Origin: Eledone cirrhosa
Taxonomy: Eukaryota
Direction of reading: 5' to 3'
Assembly: GCA_964016885.1 (NCBI GenBank)
Contig: OZ024741.1
Coordinates: 3,472,001 to 3,536,000 of the forward strand
Length of the DNA stretch: 64,000 nucleotides
The notes beneath the pieces are model-generated. The model ran no database searches. It saw nothing but the letters and a program-made list of their open reading frames with translations, and was not told where the DNA came from. Numbering within the stretch: position 1 is the first letter of the stretch; the number at the start of each line of letters is the position of its first letter. The position numbers and the translations under genes were made by a program. Of this stretch, positions 33,001-48,000 are shown in pieces.

Positions 33001-36000
33001 CTATATACACACCTGCTAGACTATATATGTAGGTTGTTGGTGACTTAACACTATATACACACACCTGCTAGTCTATATATGTAGGTTGTTGATGTCTTAA
33101 CACTATATACACACCTGCTAGACTATATATGTAGGTTGTTGGTGACTTAACACTATATACACACCTGCTAGACTATATATGTAGGTTGTTGGTGACTTAA
33201 CACTATATACACACCTCCTAGACTATATATGTAGATTGTTGATCACTTAAAACTATATACACACCTGCTAGACTATATATGTAGGTTGTTGTGACTTAAC
33301 ACTATATACACACACCTGCTAGACTATATATGTAGGTTGTTGATGTCTTAACACTATATACACACCTGCTAGACTATATATGTAGGTTCTTCGTGAGTTA
33401 ACGCTATATACACACCTGCTAGACTATATATGTAGGTTGTTGATCACTTAACACTATATACACACCTGCTAGACTATATATGTTGGTTGTTGACGTCTTA
33501 ACACTATATACACACCTGCTAGACTATATATGTAGATTGTTGATGACTTAACACTATATACACACCTGCTAGACTATATATGTAGGTTGTTGGTGACTTA
33601 ACGCTATATACACACCTGCTAGACTATATATGTAGGTTGTTGGTGACTTAACACTATATACACACCTGCTAGTCTATATATGTAAGTTGTTGGTGACTTA
33701 ACACTATATACACACCTGCTAGACTATATATGTAGTTTGTTGGTGAATTAACGCTATATACACACCTGCTAGACTATATATGTAGGTTGTTGGTGATTAA
33801 CACTATATACACACCTGCTAGACTATATATGTAGGTTGTTGGTGACTTAACATTATATACACACCTGCTAGACTATATATGTAGGTTTTTGGTGACTTAA
33901 CACTATATACACACATGCTGGAATATATATGTAGGCTGTTGTTGACTTAAAACTATATACACACCTGCTAGACTATATATGTAGGTTGTTGATGACTTAA
34001 CGCTATATACACACCTGCTAGACTATATATGTAGGTTGTTGGTGACTTAACACTATATACACCTGCTGTACTATATATGTAGGTTGTTGGTGACTTAACA
34101 CTATATACACCTGCTAGACTATATATGTAGGTTGTTGGTGACTTAACGCTATATACACACCTGCTAGACTGTATATGTAGGTTGTTGATGACTTAACGCT
34201 ATATACACACCTGCTAGACTATATATGTAGGTTGTTGGTGACTTAACACTATATACACACCTGCTAGACTATATATGTAGGTTGTTGGTGACTTAACACT
34301 ATATACACACCTGCTAGACTATATATGTAGGTTGTTGATGTCTTAACACTATATACACACCTGCTAGACTATATATGTAGGTTGTTGGTGACTTAACTCT
34401 ATATACACACCTGCTAGACTATATATGTAGGTTGTTGGTGACTTAACACTATATACACACCTGCTAGACTATATATGTAGGTTGTTGGTGACTTAACACT
34501 ATATACACACCTGCTAGACTAAATATGTAGGTTGTTGGTGACTTAACACTATATACACACCTGCTAGACTATATATGTAGGTTGTTGGTGACTTAACTCT
34601 ATATACACACCTGCTAGACTATATATGTAGATTGTTGATCACTTAACACTATATACACACCTGCTAGACTATATATGTAGGTTGTTGGTGACTTAACACT
34701 ATATACACACCTGCTAGACTATATATGTAGGTTGTTGATGTCTTAACACTATATACACACCTGCTAGACTATATATGTAGTTTGTTGGTGACTTAACTCT
34801 ATATACACACCTGCTAGACTATATATGTAGGTTGTTGGTGACTTAACACTATATACACACCTGCTAGACTATATATGTAGGTTGTTGGTGACTTAACACT
34901 ACACACCTGCTAGACTTTATATGTAGGTTGTTGCTGACTTAACACTATATACACACCTGCTAGACTATATATGTAGGTTGTTGGTGACTTAACTCTATAT
35001 ACACACCTGCTAGACTATATATGTAGGTTGTTGGTGACTTAACACTATATACACACCTGCTAGACTATATATGTAGGTTGTTGGTGACTTAACACTATAT
35101 ACACACCTGCTAGACTATATATGTAGGTTGTTGGTGACTTAACACTATATACACACCTGCTAGAATATATATGTAGGTTGTTGGTGACTTAACACTATAT
35201 ACACGCCTGCTAGCCTATATATGTAGGTTGTTGACGACTTAACACGATATACACACCTGCTAGACTATATATGTAGGTTGTTGATGAGTTAACGCTATAT
35301 ACACACCTGCTAGACTATATATGTAGGTTGTTGGTGACTTAACGTTATATACACAACTGCTAGACTATATATGTAGGTTGTTGGTGACATAACACTATAT
35401 ACACACCTCCTAGACTCTATATGTAGGTTGTGGATGAGTTAACGCTATATACACACCTGCTAGACTATATATGTAGGTTGTTGGTGACTTAACGTTATAT
35501 ACACACCTGCTAGACTATATATGTAGGTTGTTGGTGACTTAACACTATATACACACCTACTAGACTATATATGTAGGTTGTTGGTGACTTAACACTATAT
35601 ACACACCTGCTAGACTATATATGTAGGTTGTTGGTGACTTAACACTATATACACACACCTGCTAGACTATATATGTAGGTTGTTGATGTCTTAACACTAT
35701 ATACACACCTGCTGTACTATATATGTAGGTTGTTGGTGACTTAAAACTATATACACACCTGCTAGGCTATATATGTAGATTGTTGATCACTTAAAACTAT
35801 ATACACACCTGCTAGACTATATATGTAGGTTGTTGTGACTTAACACTATATACACACACCTGCTAGACTATATATGTAGGTTGTTGATGTCTTAACACTA
35901 TATACACACCTGCTAGACTATATATGTAGGTTGTTGGTGACTTAAAACTATATACACACCTGCTAGGCTATATATGTAGGTTGTTGGTGACTTAACTCTA

Positions 36001-39000
36001 TATACACACCTGCTAGACTATATATGTAGGTTGTTGGTGACTTAACACTATATACACACCTGCTAGACTATATATGTAGGTTGTTGGTGACTTAACACTA
36101 TATATACACCTGCTAGACTACATATGTAGGTTGTTGGTGACTTAACACTATATACACACCTGCTAGACTATATATGTAGGTTGTTGGTGACTTAACACTA
36201 TATATACACCTGCTAGACTATATATGTACGATGTTGGTGATTTAACACTATATACACACCTGCTAGACTATATATGTAGGTTGTTGGTCACCTAACGCTA
36301 TATACACACCTGCTAGACTATATATGTAGGTTGTTGATGACTTAACGTTATATACACACCTGCTAGACTATATATGTAGGTTGTTGGTGACTAAACACTA
36401 TATACACACCTGCTAGACTATATATGTAGGTTGTTGATGACTTAACGTTATATACACACCTGCTAGACTATATATGTAGGTTGTTGATGACTTAACGTTA
36501 TATACACACCTGCTAGACTATATATGTAGGTTGTTGATGACTTAACGTTATATACACACCTGCTAGACTATATATGTAGGTTGTTGGTGACTTAACACTA
36601 TATACACACCTGCTAGACTATATATGTAGGTTGTTGGTGACTTAACACTATATACACACCTGCTAGACTATATATGTAGGTTGTTGGTGACTTAACACTA
36701 TATACTCACCTCTTAGACTATATATTTAGGTTGTTGGTAATTTAACACTATATACACACCTGCTAGACTATATATGTAGTTTGTTGGTGACTTAACACTA
36801 TATACACACCTGCTAGACTATATATGTAGGTTGTTGGTGACTTAACACTGTATACTCACCTCTTAGACTATATATGTAGATTGTTGATGACTTAACACTA
36901 TATACACACCTGCTAGACTATATATGTAGGTTGTTGGTGACTTAACGCTATATACACACCTGCTAGACTATATATGTAGGTTGTTGATCACTTAACACTA
37001 TATACACCCTGCTAGACTATATATGTTGGTTGTTGATGTCTTAACACTATAGACACACCTGCTAGACTATATATGTAGATTGTTGATGACTTAACACTAT
37101 ATACACACCTGCTAGACTATATATGTAGGTTGTTGGTGACTTAACGCTATATACACACCTGCTAGACTATATATGTAGGTTGTTGATCACTTAACACTAT
37201 ATACACACCTGCTAGACTATATATGTAGGTTGTTGGTGACTTAACACTATATACACACCTGCTAGACTATATATGTAGGTTGTTGATCACTTAACACTAT
37301 ATACACCCTGCTAGACTATATATGTTGGTTGTTGATGTCTTAACACTATATACACACCTGCTAGACTATATATGTAGATTGTTGATGACTTAACACTATA
37401 TACACACCTGCTAGACTATATATGTAGGTTGTTGGTGAATTAACGCTATATACACACCTGCTAGACTATATATGTTGGTTGTTGGTGACTTAACACTATA
37501 TACACACCTGCTAGACTATATATGTAGGTTGTTGGTGACTTAACACTATATACACACCTGCTGGACTATATATGTAGGTTGTTGGTGACTTAACGCTATA
37601 TACACACCTGCTAGACTATATATGTAGGTTGTTGGTGATTTACACTATATACACACCTGCTAGACTATATATGTAGGTTGTTGGTGACTTAACACTATAT
37701 ACACACCTGCTAGACTATATATGTAGGTTGTTGATGTCTTAACACTATATACACACCTGCTAGACTATATATGTAGATTGTTGATGACTTAACACTATAT
37801 ACACACCTGCTAGACTATATATGTAGGTTGTTGGTGACTTAACACTATATACACACACCTGCTAGAATATATATGTAGGTTGTTGGTGACTTAACGCTAT
37901 ATACACACCTGCTAGACTATATATGTATGTTGTTGGTGACTTAACACTATATACACACCTGCTAGTCTATATATTTAGGTTGTTGGTGACTTAACACTAT
38001 ATACACACCTGCTAGACTATATATGTAGGTTTTTGGTGACTTAACACTATATACACACCTGCTGGAATATATATGTAGGCTGTTGTTGACTTAAAACTAT
38101 ATACACACCTGCTAGACTATATATGTAGGTTGTTGATGACTTAACGCTATATAAACACCTGCTAGACTATATATGTAAGTTGTTGGTGACTTAACACTAT
38201 ATACACCTGCTGTACTATATATGTAGGTTGTTGGTGACTTAACACTATATACACCTGCTGTACTATATATGTAGGTTGTTGGTGACTTAACGTTATATAC
38301 ACACCTGCTAGACTGTATATGTAGGTTGTTGATGACTTAACGCTATATACACACCTGCTAGACTATATATGTAGGTTGTTGGTGACTTAACACTATATAC
38401 ACACCTGCTAGACTATATATGTAGGTTGTTGGTGACTTAACACTATATACACACCTGCTAGACTATATATGTAGGTTGTTGATGTCTTAACACTATATAC
38501 ACACCTGCTAGACTATATATGTAGGTTGTTGGTGACTTAACTCTATATACACACCTGCTAGACTATATATGTAGGTTGTTGGTGACTTAACACTATATAC
38601 ACACCTGCTAGACTATATATGAAGGTTGTTGGTGACTTAACACTATATACACACCTGCTAGTCTATATATGTAAGTTGTTGGTGACTTAACACTATATAC
38701 ACACCTGCTAGACTATATATGTAGGTTGTTGGTGAATTAACGCTATATACACACCTGCTAGACTATATATGTTGGTTGTTGGTGACTTAACACTATATAC
38801 ACACCTGCTAGACTATATATGTAGGTTGTTGGTGACTTAACACTATATACACACCTGCTGGACTATATATGTAGGTTGTTGGTGACTTAACGCTATATAC
38901 ACACCTGCTAGACTATATATGTAGGTTGTTGGTGATTAACACTATATACACACCTGCTAGACTATATATGTAGGTTGTTGGTGACTTAACACTATATACA

Positions 39001-42000
39001 CACCTGCTAGACTATATATGTTGGTTGTTGATGTCTTAACACTATATACACACCTGCTAGACTATATATGTAGATTGTTGATGACTTAACACTATATACA
39101 CACCTGCTAGACTATATATGTAGGTTGTTGGTGACTTAACACTATATACACACCTACCTAGAATATATATGTAGGTTGTTGGTGACTTAACACTATATAC
39201 ACACCTGCTAGACTATATATGTATGTTGTTGGTGACTTAACACTATATACACACCTGCTAGTCTATATATTTAGGTTGTTGGTGACTTAACACTATATAC
39301 ACACCTGCTAGACTATATATGTAGGTTTTTGGTGACTTACACTATATACACACCTGCTGGAATATATATGTAGGCTGTTGTTGACTTAAAACTATATACA
39401 CACCTGCTAGACTATATATGTAGGTTGTTGATGACTTAACGCTATATACACACCTGCTAGACTATATATGTACGTTGTTGGTGACTTAACACTATATACA
39501 CCTGCTGTACTATATATGTAGGTTGTTGGTGACTTAACACTATATACACCTGCTGTACTATATATGTAGGTTGTTGGTGACTTAACGCTATATACACACC
39601 TGCTAGACTGTATATGTAGGTTGTTGATGACTTAACGCTATATACACACCTGCTAGACTATATATGTAGGTTGTTGATCACTTAACACTATATACACACC
39701 TGCTAGACTATATATGTTGGTTGTTGATGTCTTAACACTATATACACACCTGCTAGACTATATATGTAGGTTGTTGGTGACTTAACGCTATATACACACC
39801 TGCTAGACTATATATGTAGGTTGTTGATCACTTAACACTATATACACACCTGCTAGACTATATATGTTGGTTGTTGATGTCTTAACACTATATACACACC
39901 TGCTAGACTATATATGTAGATTGTTGATGACTTAACACTATATACACACCTGCTAGACTATATATGTAGGTTGTTGGTGACTTAACGCTATATACACACC
40001 TGCTAGACTATATATGTAGGTTGTTGGTGACTTAACACTATATACACACCTGCTAGACTATATATGTAAGTTGTTGGTGACTTAACACTATATACACACC
40101 TGCTAGACTATATATGTAGTTTGTTGGTGAATTAACGCTATATACACACCTGCTAGACTATATATGTTGGTTGTTGGTGACTTAACACTATATACACACC
40201 TGCTAGACTATATATGTAGGTTGTTGGTGACTTAACACTATATACACACCTGCTGGACTATATATGTAGATTGTTGGTGACTTAACGCTATATACACACC
40301 TGCTAGACTATATATGTAGGTTGTTGGTGATTAACACTATATACACACCTGCTAGACTATATATGTAGGTTGTTGGTGACTTAACACTATATACACACCT
40401 GCTAGACTATATATGTAGGTTGTTGATGTCTTAACACTATATACACACCTGCTAGACTATATATGTAGATTGTTGATGACTTAACACTATATACACACCT
40501 GCTAGACTATATATGTATGTTGTTGGTGACTTAACACTATATACACACCTGCTAGTCTATATGTTTAGGTTGTTGGTGACTTAACACTATATACACACCT
40601 GCTAGACTATATATGTAGGCTGTTGTTGACTTAAAACTATATACACACCTGCTAGAATATATGTAGGTTGTTGATGACTTAACGCTATATACACACCTGC
40701 TAGACTATATATGTAGGTTGTTGGTGACTTAACACTATATACACCTGCTGTACTATATATGTAGGTTGTTGGTGACTTAACACTATATACACCTGCTGTA
40801 CTATATATGTAGGTTGTTGGTGACTTAACGCTATATACACACCTGCTAGACTGTATATGTAGGTTGTTGATGACTTAACGCTATATACACACCTGCTAGA
40901 CTATATATGTAGGTTGTTGGTGACTTAACACTATATACACACCTGCTAGACTATATATGTAGGTTGTTGGTGACTTAACACTATATACACACCTGCTAGA
41001 CTATATATGTAGGTTGTTGATGTCTTAACACTATATACACACCTGCTAGACTATATATGTAGGTTGTTGATCACTTAACACTATATACACACCTGCTAGA
41101 CTATATATGTTGGTTGTTGATGTCTTAACACTATATACACACCTGCTAGACTATATATGTAGATTGTTGATGACTTAACACTATATACACACCTGCTAGA
41201 CTATATATGTAGGTTGTTGGTGACTTAACGCTATATACACACCTGCTAGACTATATATGTAGGTTGTTGATCACTTAACACTATATACACACCTGCTAGA
41301 CTATATATGTTGGTTGTTGATGTCTTAACACTATATACACACCTGCTAGACTATATATGTAGATTGTTGATGACTTAACACTATATACACACCTGCTAGA
41401 CTATATATGTAGGTTGTTGGTGACTTAACGCTATATACACACCTGCTAGACTATATATGTAGGTTGTTGGTGACTTAACACTATATACACACCTGCTAGT
41501 CTATATATGTAAGTTGTTGGTGACTTAACACTATATACACACCTGCTAGACTATATATGTAGTTTGTTGGTGAATTAACGCTATATACACACCTGCTAGA
41601 CTATATATGTTGGTTGTTGGTGACTTAACACTATATACACACCTGCTAGACTATATATGTAGGTTGTTGGTGACTTAACACTATACACACACCTGCTGGA
41701 CTATATATGTAGATTGTTGGTGACTTAACGCTATATACACACCTGCTAGACTATATATGTAGGTTGTTGGTGATTAACACTATATACACACCTGCTAGAC
41801 TATATATGTAGGTTGTTGGTGACTTAACACTATATACACACCTGCTAGACTATATATGTAGGTTGTTGATGTCTTAACACTATATACACACCTACTAGAC
41901 TATATATGTAGGTTGTTGATGTCTTAACACTATATACACACCTGCTAGACTATATATGTAGATTGTTGATGACTTAACACTATATACACACCTGCTAGAC

Positions 42001-45000
42001 TATATATGTAGGTTGTTGGTGACTTAACACTATATACACACACCTGCTAGAATATATATGTAGGTTGTTGGTGACTTAACGCTATATACACACCTGCTAG
42101 ACTATATATGTATGTTGTTGGTGACTTAACACTATATACACACCTGCTAGTCTATATATTTAGGTTGTTGGTGACTTAACACTATATACACACCTGCTAG
42201 ACTATATATGTAGGTTTTTGGTGACTTAACACTATATACACACATGCTAGAATATATATGTAGGCTGTTGTTGACTTAAAACTATATACACACCTGCTAG
42301 ACTATATATGTAGGTTGTTGATGACTTAACGCTATATACACACCTGCTAGACTATATATGTAGGTTGTTGGTGACTTAACACTATATACACCTGCTGTAC
42401 TATATATGTAGGTTGTTGGTGACTTAACACTATATACACCTGCTGTACTATATATGTAGGTTGTTGGTGACTTAACGCTATATACACACCTGCTAGACTG
42501 TATATGTAGGTTGTTGATGACTTAACGCTATATACACACCTGCTAGACTATATATGTAGGTTGTTGGTGACTTAACACTATATACACACCTGCTAGACTA
42601 TATATGTTGGTTGTTGATGTCTTAACACTATATACACACCTGCTAGACTAAATATGTAGGTTGTTGGTGAATTAACGCTATATACACACCTGCTAGACTA
42701 TATATGTAGGTTGTTGGTGACTTAACACTATATACACACCTGCTAGTCTATATATGTAAGTTGTTGGTGACTTAACACTATATACACACCTGCTAGACTA
42801 TATATGTAGTTTGTTGGTGAATTAACGCTATATACACACCTGCTAGACTATATATGTAGGTTGTTGGTGACTTAACACTATATACACACCTGCTAGACTA
42901 TATATGTAGGTTGTTGGTGACTTAACACTATATACACACCTGCTGGACTATATATGTAGGTTGTTGGTGATTAACACTATATACACACCTGCTAGACTAT
43001 ATATGTAGGTTGTTGGTGACTTAACACTATATACACACCTGCTAGACTATATATGTAGGTTGCTGATGTCTTAACACTATATACACACCTGCTATACTAT
43101 ATATGTAGATTGTTGGTGATTAACACTATATACACACCTGCTAGACTATATATGTAGGTTGTTGGTGACTTAACACTATATACACACCTGCTAGACTATA
43201 TATGTAGGTTGTTGGTGACTTAACACTATATACACACACCTGCTAGAATATATATGTAGGTTGTTGGTGACTTAACGCTATATACACACCTGCTAGACTA
43301 TATATGTATGTTGTTGGTGACTTAACACTATATACACACCTGCTAGTCTATATATTTAGGTTGTTGGTGACTTAACACTATATACACACCTGCTAGACTA
43401 TATATGTAGGTTTTTGGTGACTTAACACTATATACACACATGCTGGAATATATATGTAGGCTGTTGTTGACTTAAAACTATATACACACCTGCTAGACTA
43501 TATATGTAGGTTGTTGATGACTTAACGCTATATACACACCTGCTAGACTATATATGTAGGTTGTTGGTGACTTAACACTATATACACCTGCTGTACTATA
43601 TATGTAGGTTGTTGGTGACTTAACACTATATACACCTGCTGTACTATATATGTAGGTTGTTGGTGACTTAACGCTATATACACACCTGCTAGACTGTATA
43701 TGTAGGTTGTTGATGACTTAACACTATATACACACCTGCTAGACTATATATGTAGGTTGTTGGTGACTTAACACTATATACACACCTGCTAGACTATATA
43801 TGTAGGTTGTTGGTGACTTAACACTATATACACACCTGCTAGACTATATATGTAGGTTGTTGATGTCTTAACACTATATACACACCTGCTAGACTATATA
43901 TGTAGGTTGTTGGTGACTTAACTCTATATACACACCTGCTAGACTATATATGTAGGTTGTTGGTGACTTAACACTATATACACACCTGCTAGACTATATA
44001 TGTAGGTTGTTGGTGACTTAACACTATATACACACCTGCTAGACTATATATGTAGGTTGTTGGTGACTTAACACTATATACACACCTGCTAGACTATATA
44101 TGTAGGTTGTTGGTGACTTAACTCTATATACACACCTGCTAGACCATATATGTAGGTTGTTGGTGACTTAACACTATATACACACCTGCTAGACTATATA
44201 TGTAGGTTGTTGATGTCTTAACACTATATACACACCTGCTAGACTATATATGTAGTTTGTTGGTGACTTAACTCTATATACACACCTGCTAGACTATATA
44301 TGTAGATTGTTGATCACTTAACACTATATACACACCTGCTAGACCATATATGTAGGTTGTTGGTGACTTAACACTATATACACACCTGCTAGACTATATA
44401 TGTAGGTTGTTGGTGACTTAACACTATATACACACCTGCTAGACTATATATGTAGGTTGTTGGTGACTTAACACTATATACACACCTGCTAGAATATATA
44501 TGTAGGTTGTTGGTGACTTAACACTATATACACGCCTGCTAGCCTATATATGTAGGTTGTTGACGACTTAACACGATATACACACCTGCTAGACTATATA
44601 TGTAGGTTGTTGATGAGTTAACGCTATATACACACCTGCTAGACTATATATGTAGGTTGTTGGTGACTTAACGTTATATACACAACTGCTAGACTATATA
44701 TGTAGGTTGTTGGTGACTTAACACTATATACACACCTCCTAGACTCTATATGTAGGTTGTGGATGAGTTAACGCTATATACACACCTGCTAGACTATATA
44801 TGTAGGTTGTTGGTGACTTAACGTTATATACACACCTGCTAGACTATATATGTAGGTTGTTGATGTCTTAACACTATATACACACCTGCTAGACTATATA
44901 TGTAGGTTGTTGATCACTTAACACTATATACACACCTGCTAGACTATATATGTTGGTTGTTGATGTCTTAACACTATATACACACCTGCTAGACTATATA

Positions 45001-48000
45001 TGTAGATTGTTGATGACTTAACACTATATACACACCTGCTAGACTATATATGTAGGTTGTTGGTGACTTAACGCTATATACACACCTGCTAGACTATATA
45101 TGTAGGTTGTTGATCACTTAACACTATATACACACCTGCTAGACTATATATGTTGGTTGTTGATGTCTTAACACTATATACACACCTGCTAGACTATATA
45201 TGTAGATTGTTGATGACTTAACACTATATACACACCTGCTAGACTATATATGTAGGTTGTTGGTGACTTAACGCTATATACACACCTGCTAGACTATATA
45301 TGTAGGTTGTTGGTGACTTAACACTATATACACACCTGCTAGTCTATATATGTAAGTTGTTGGTGACTTAACACTATATACACACCTGCTAGACTATATA
45401 TGTAGTTTGTTGGTGAATTAACGCTATATACACACCTGCTAGACTATATATGTTGGTTGTTGGTGACTTAACACTATATACACACCTGCTAGACTATATA
45501 TGTAGGTTGTTGGTGACTTAACACTATATACACACCTGCTGGACTATATATGTAGATTGTTGGTGACTTAACGCTATATACACACCTGCTAGACTATATA
45601 TGTAGGTTGTTGGTGATTAACACTATATACACACCTGCTAGACTATATATGTAGGTTGTTGGTGACTTAACACTATATACACACCTGCTAGACTATATAT
45701 GTAGGTTGTTGATGTCTTAACACTATATACACACCTGCTAGACTATATATGTAGATTGTTGATGACTTAACACTATATACACACCTGCTAGACTATATAT
45801 GTAGGTTGTTGGTGACTTAACACTATATACACACACCTGCTAGAATATATATGTAGGTTGTTGGTGACTTAACGCTATATACACACCTGCTAGACTATAT
45901 ATGTATGTTGTTGGTGACTTAACACTATATACACACCTGCTAGTCTATATATTTAGGTTGTTGGTGACTTAACACTATATACACACCTGCTAGACTATAT
46001 ATGTAGGTTTTTGGTGACTTAACACTATATACACACATGCTGGAATATATATGTAGGCTGTTGTTGACTTAAAACTATATACACACCTGCTAGACTATAT
46101 ATGTAGGTTGTTGATGACTTAACGCTATATACACACCTGCTAGACTATATATGTAGGTTGTTGGTGACTTAACACTATATACACCTGCTGTACTATATAT
46201 GTAGGTTGTTGGTGACTTAACGCTATATACACACCTGCTAGACTGTATATGTAGGTTGTTGATGACTTAACGCTATATACACACCTGCTAGACTATATAT
46301 GTAGGTTGTTGGTGACTTAACACTATATACACACCTGCTAGACTATATATGTAGGTTGTTGGTGACTTAACACTATATACACACCTGCTAGACTATATAT
46401 GTAGGTTGTTGATGTCTTAACACTATATACACACCTGCTAGACTATATATGTAGGTTGTTGGTGACTTAACTCTATATACACACCTGCTAGACTATATAT
46501 GTAGGTTGTTGGTGACTTAACACTATATACACACCTGCTAGACTATATATGTAGGTTGTTGGTGACTTAACACTATATACACACCTGCTAGACTATATAT
46601 GTAGGTTGTTGGTGACTTAACACTATATACACACCTGCTAGACTATATATGTAGGTTGTTGGTGACTTAACTCTATATACACACCTGCTAGACTATATAT
46701 GTAGATTGTTGTTCACTTAACACTATATACACACCTGCTAGACTATATATGTAGGTTGTTGGTGACTTAACACTATATACACACCTGCTAGACTATATAT
46801 GTAGGTTGTTGGTGACTTAACACTATCTACACACCTGCTAGACTTTATATGTAGGTTGTTGCTGACTTAACACTATATACACACCTGCTAGACTATATAT
46901 GTAGGTTGTTGGTGACTTAACTCTATATACACACCTGCTAGACTATATATGTAGGTTGTTGGTGACTTTACACTATATACACACCTGCTAGACTATATAT
47001 GTAGGTTGTTGGTGACTTAACACTATATACACACCTGCTAGACTATATATGTAGGTTGTTGGTGACTTAACACTATATACACACCTGCTAGAATATATAT
47101 GTAGGTTGTTGGTGACTTAACACTATATACACGCCTGCTAGCCTATATATGTAGGTTGTTGATGAGTTAACGCTATATACACACCTGCTAGACTATATAT
47201 GTAGGTTGTTGGTGACTTAACGTTATATACACAACTGCTAGACTATATATGTAGGTTGTTGGTGACTTAACACTATATACACACCTCCTAGACTCTATAT
47301 GTAGGTTGTGGATGAGTTAACGCTATATACACACCTGCTAGACTATATATGTAGGTTGTTGGTGACTTAACGTTATATACACACCTGCTAGACTATATAT
47401 GTAGGTTGTTGGTGACTTAACACTATATACACACCTACTAGACTATATATGTAGGTTGTTGGTGACTTAACACTATATACACACCTGCTAGACTATATAT
47501 GTAGGTTGTTGGTGACTTAACACTATATACACACACCTGCTAGACTATATATGTAGGTTGTTGATGTCTTAACACTATATACACACCTGCTAGACTATAT
47601 ATGTAGGTTGTTGGTGACTTAACACTATATACACACCTGCTAGACTATATATGTAGGTTGTTGGTGACTTAACACTATATACACACCTCCTAGACTATAT
47701 ATGTAGATTGTTGATCACTTAACACTATATACACACCTGCTAGACTATATATGTAGGTTGTTGGTGACTTAACACTATATACACACACCTGCTAGACTAT
47801 ATATGTAGGTTGTTGATGTCTTAACACTATATACACACCTGCTAGACTATATATGTAGGTTGTTGGTGACTTAACACTATATACACACCTGCTAGACTTT
47901 ATATGTAGGTTGTTGGTGACTTAAAACTATATACACACCTGCTAGACTATATATGTAGGTTGTTTGTGACTTAACACTATATACACGCCTGCTAGACTAT

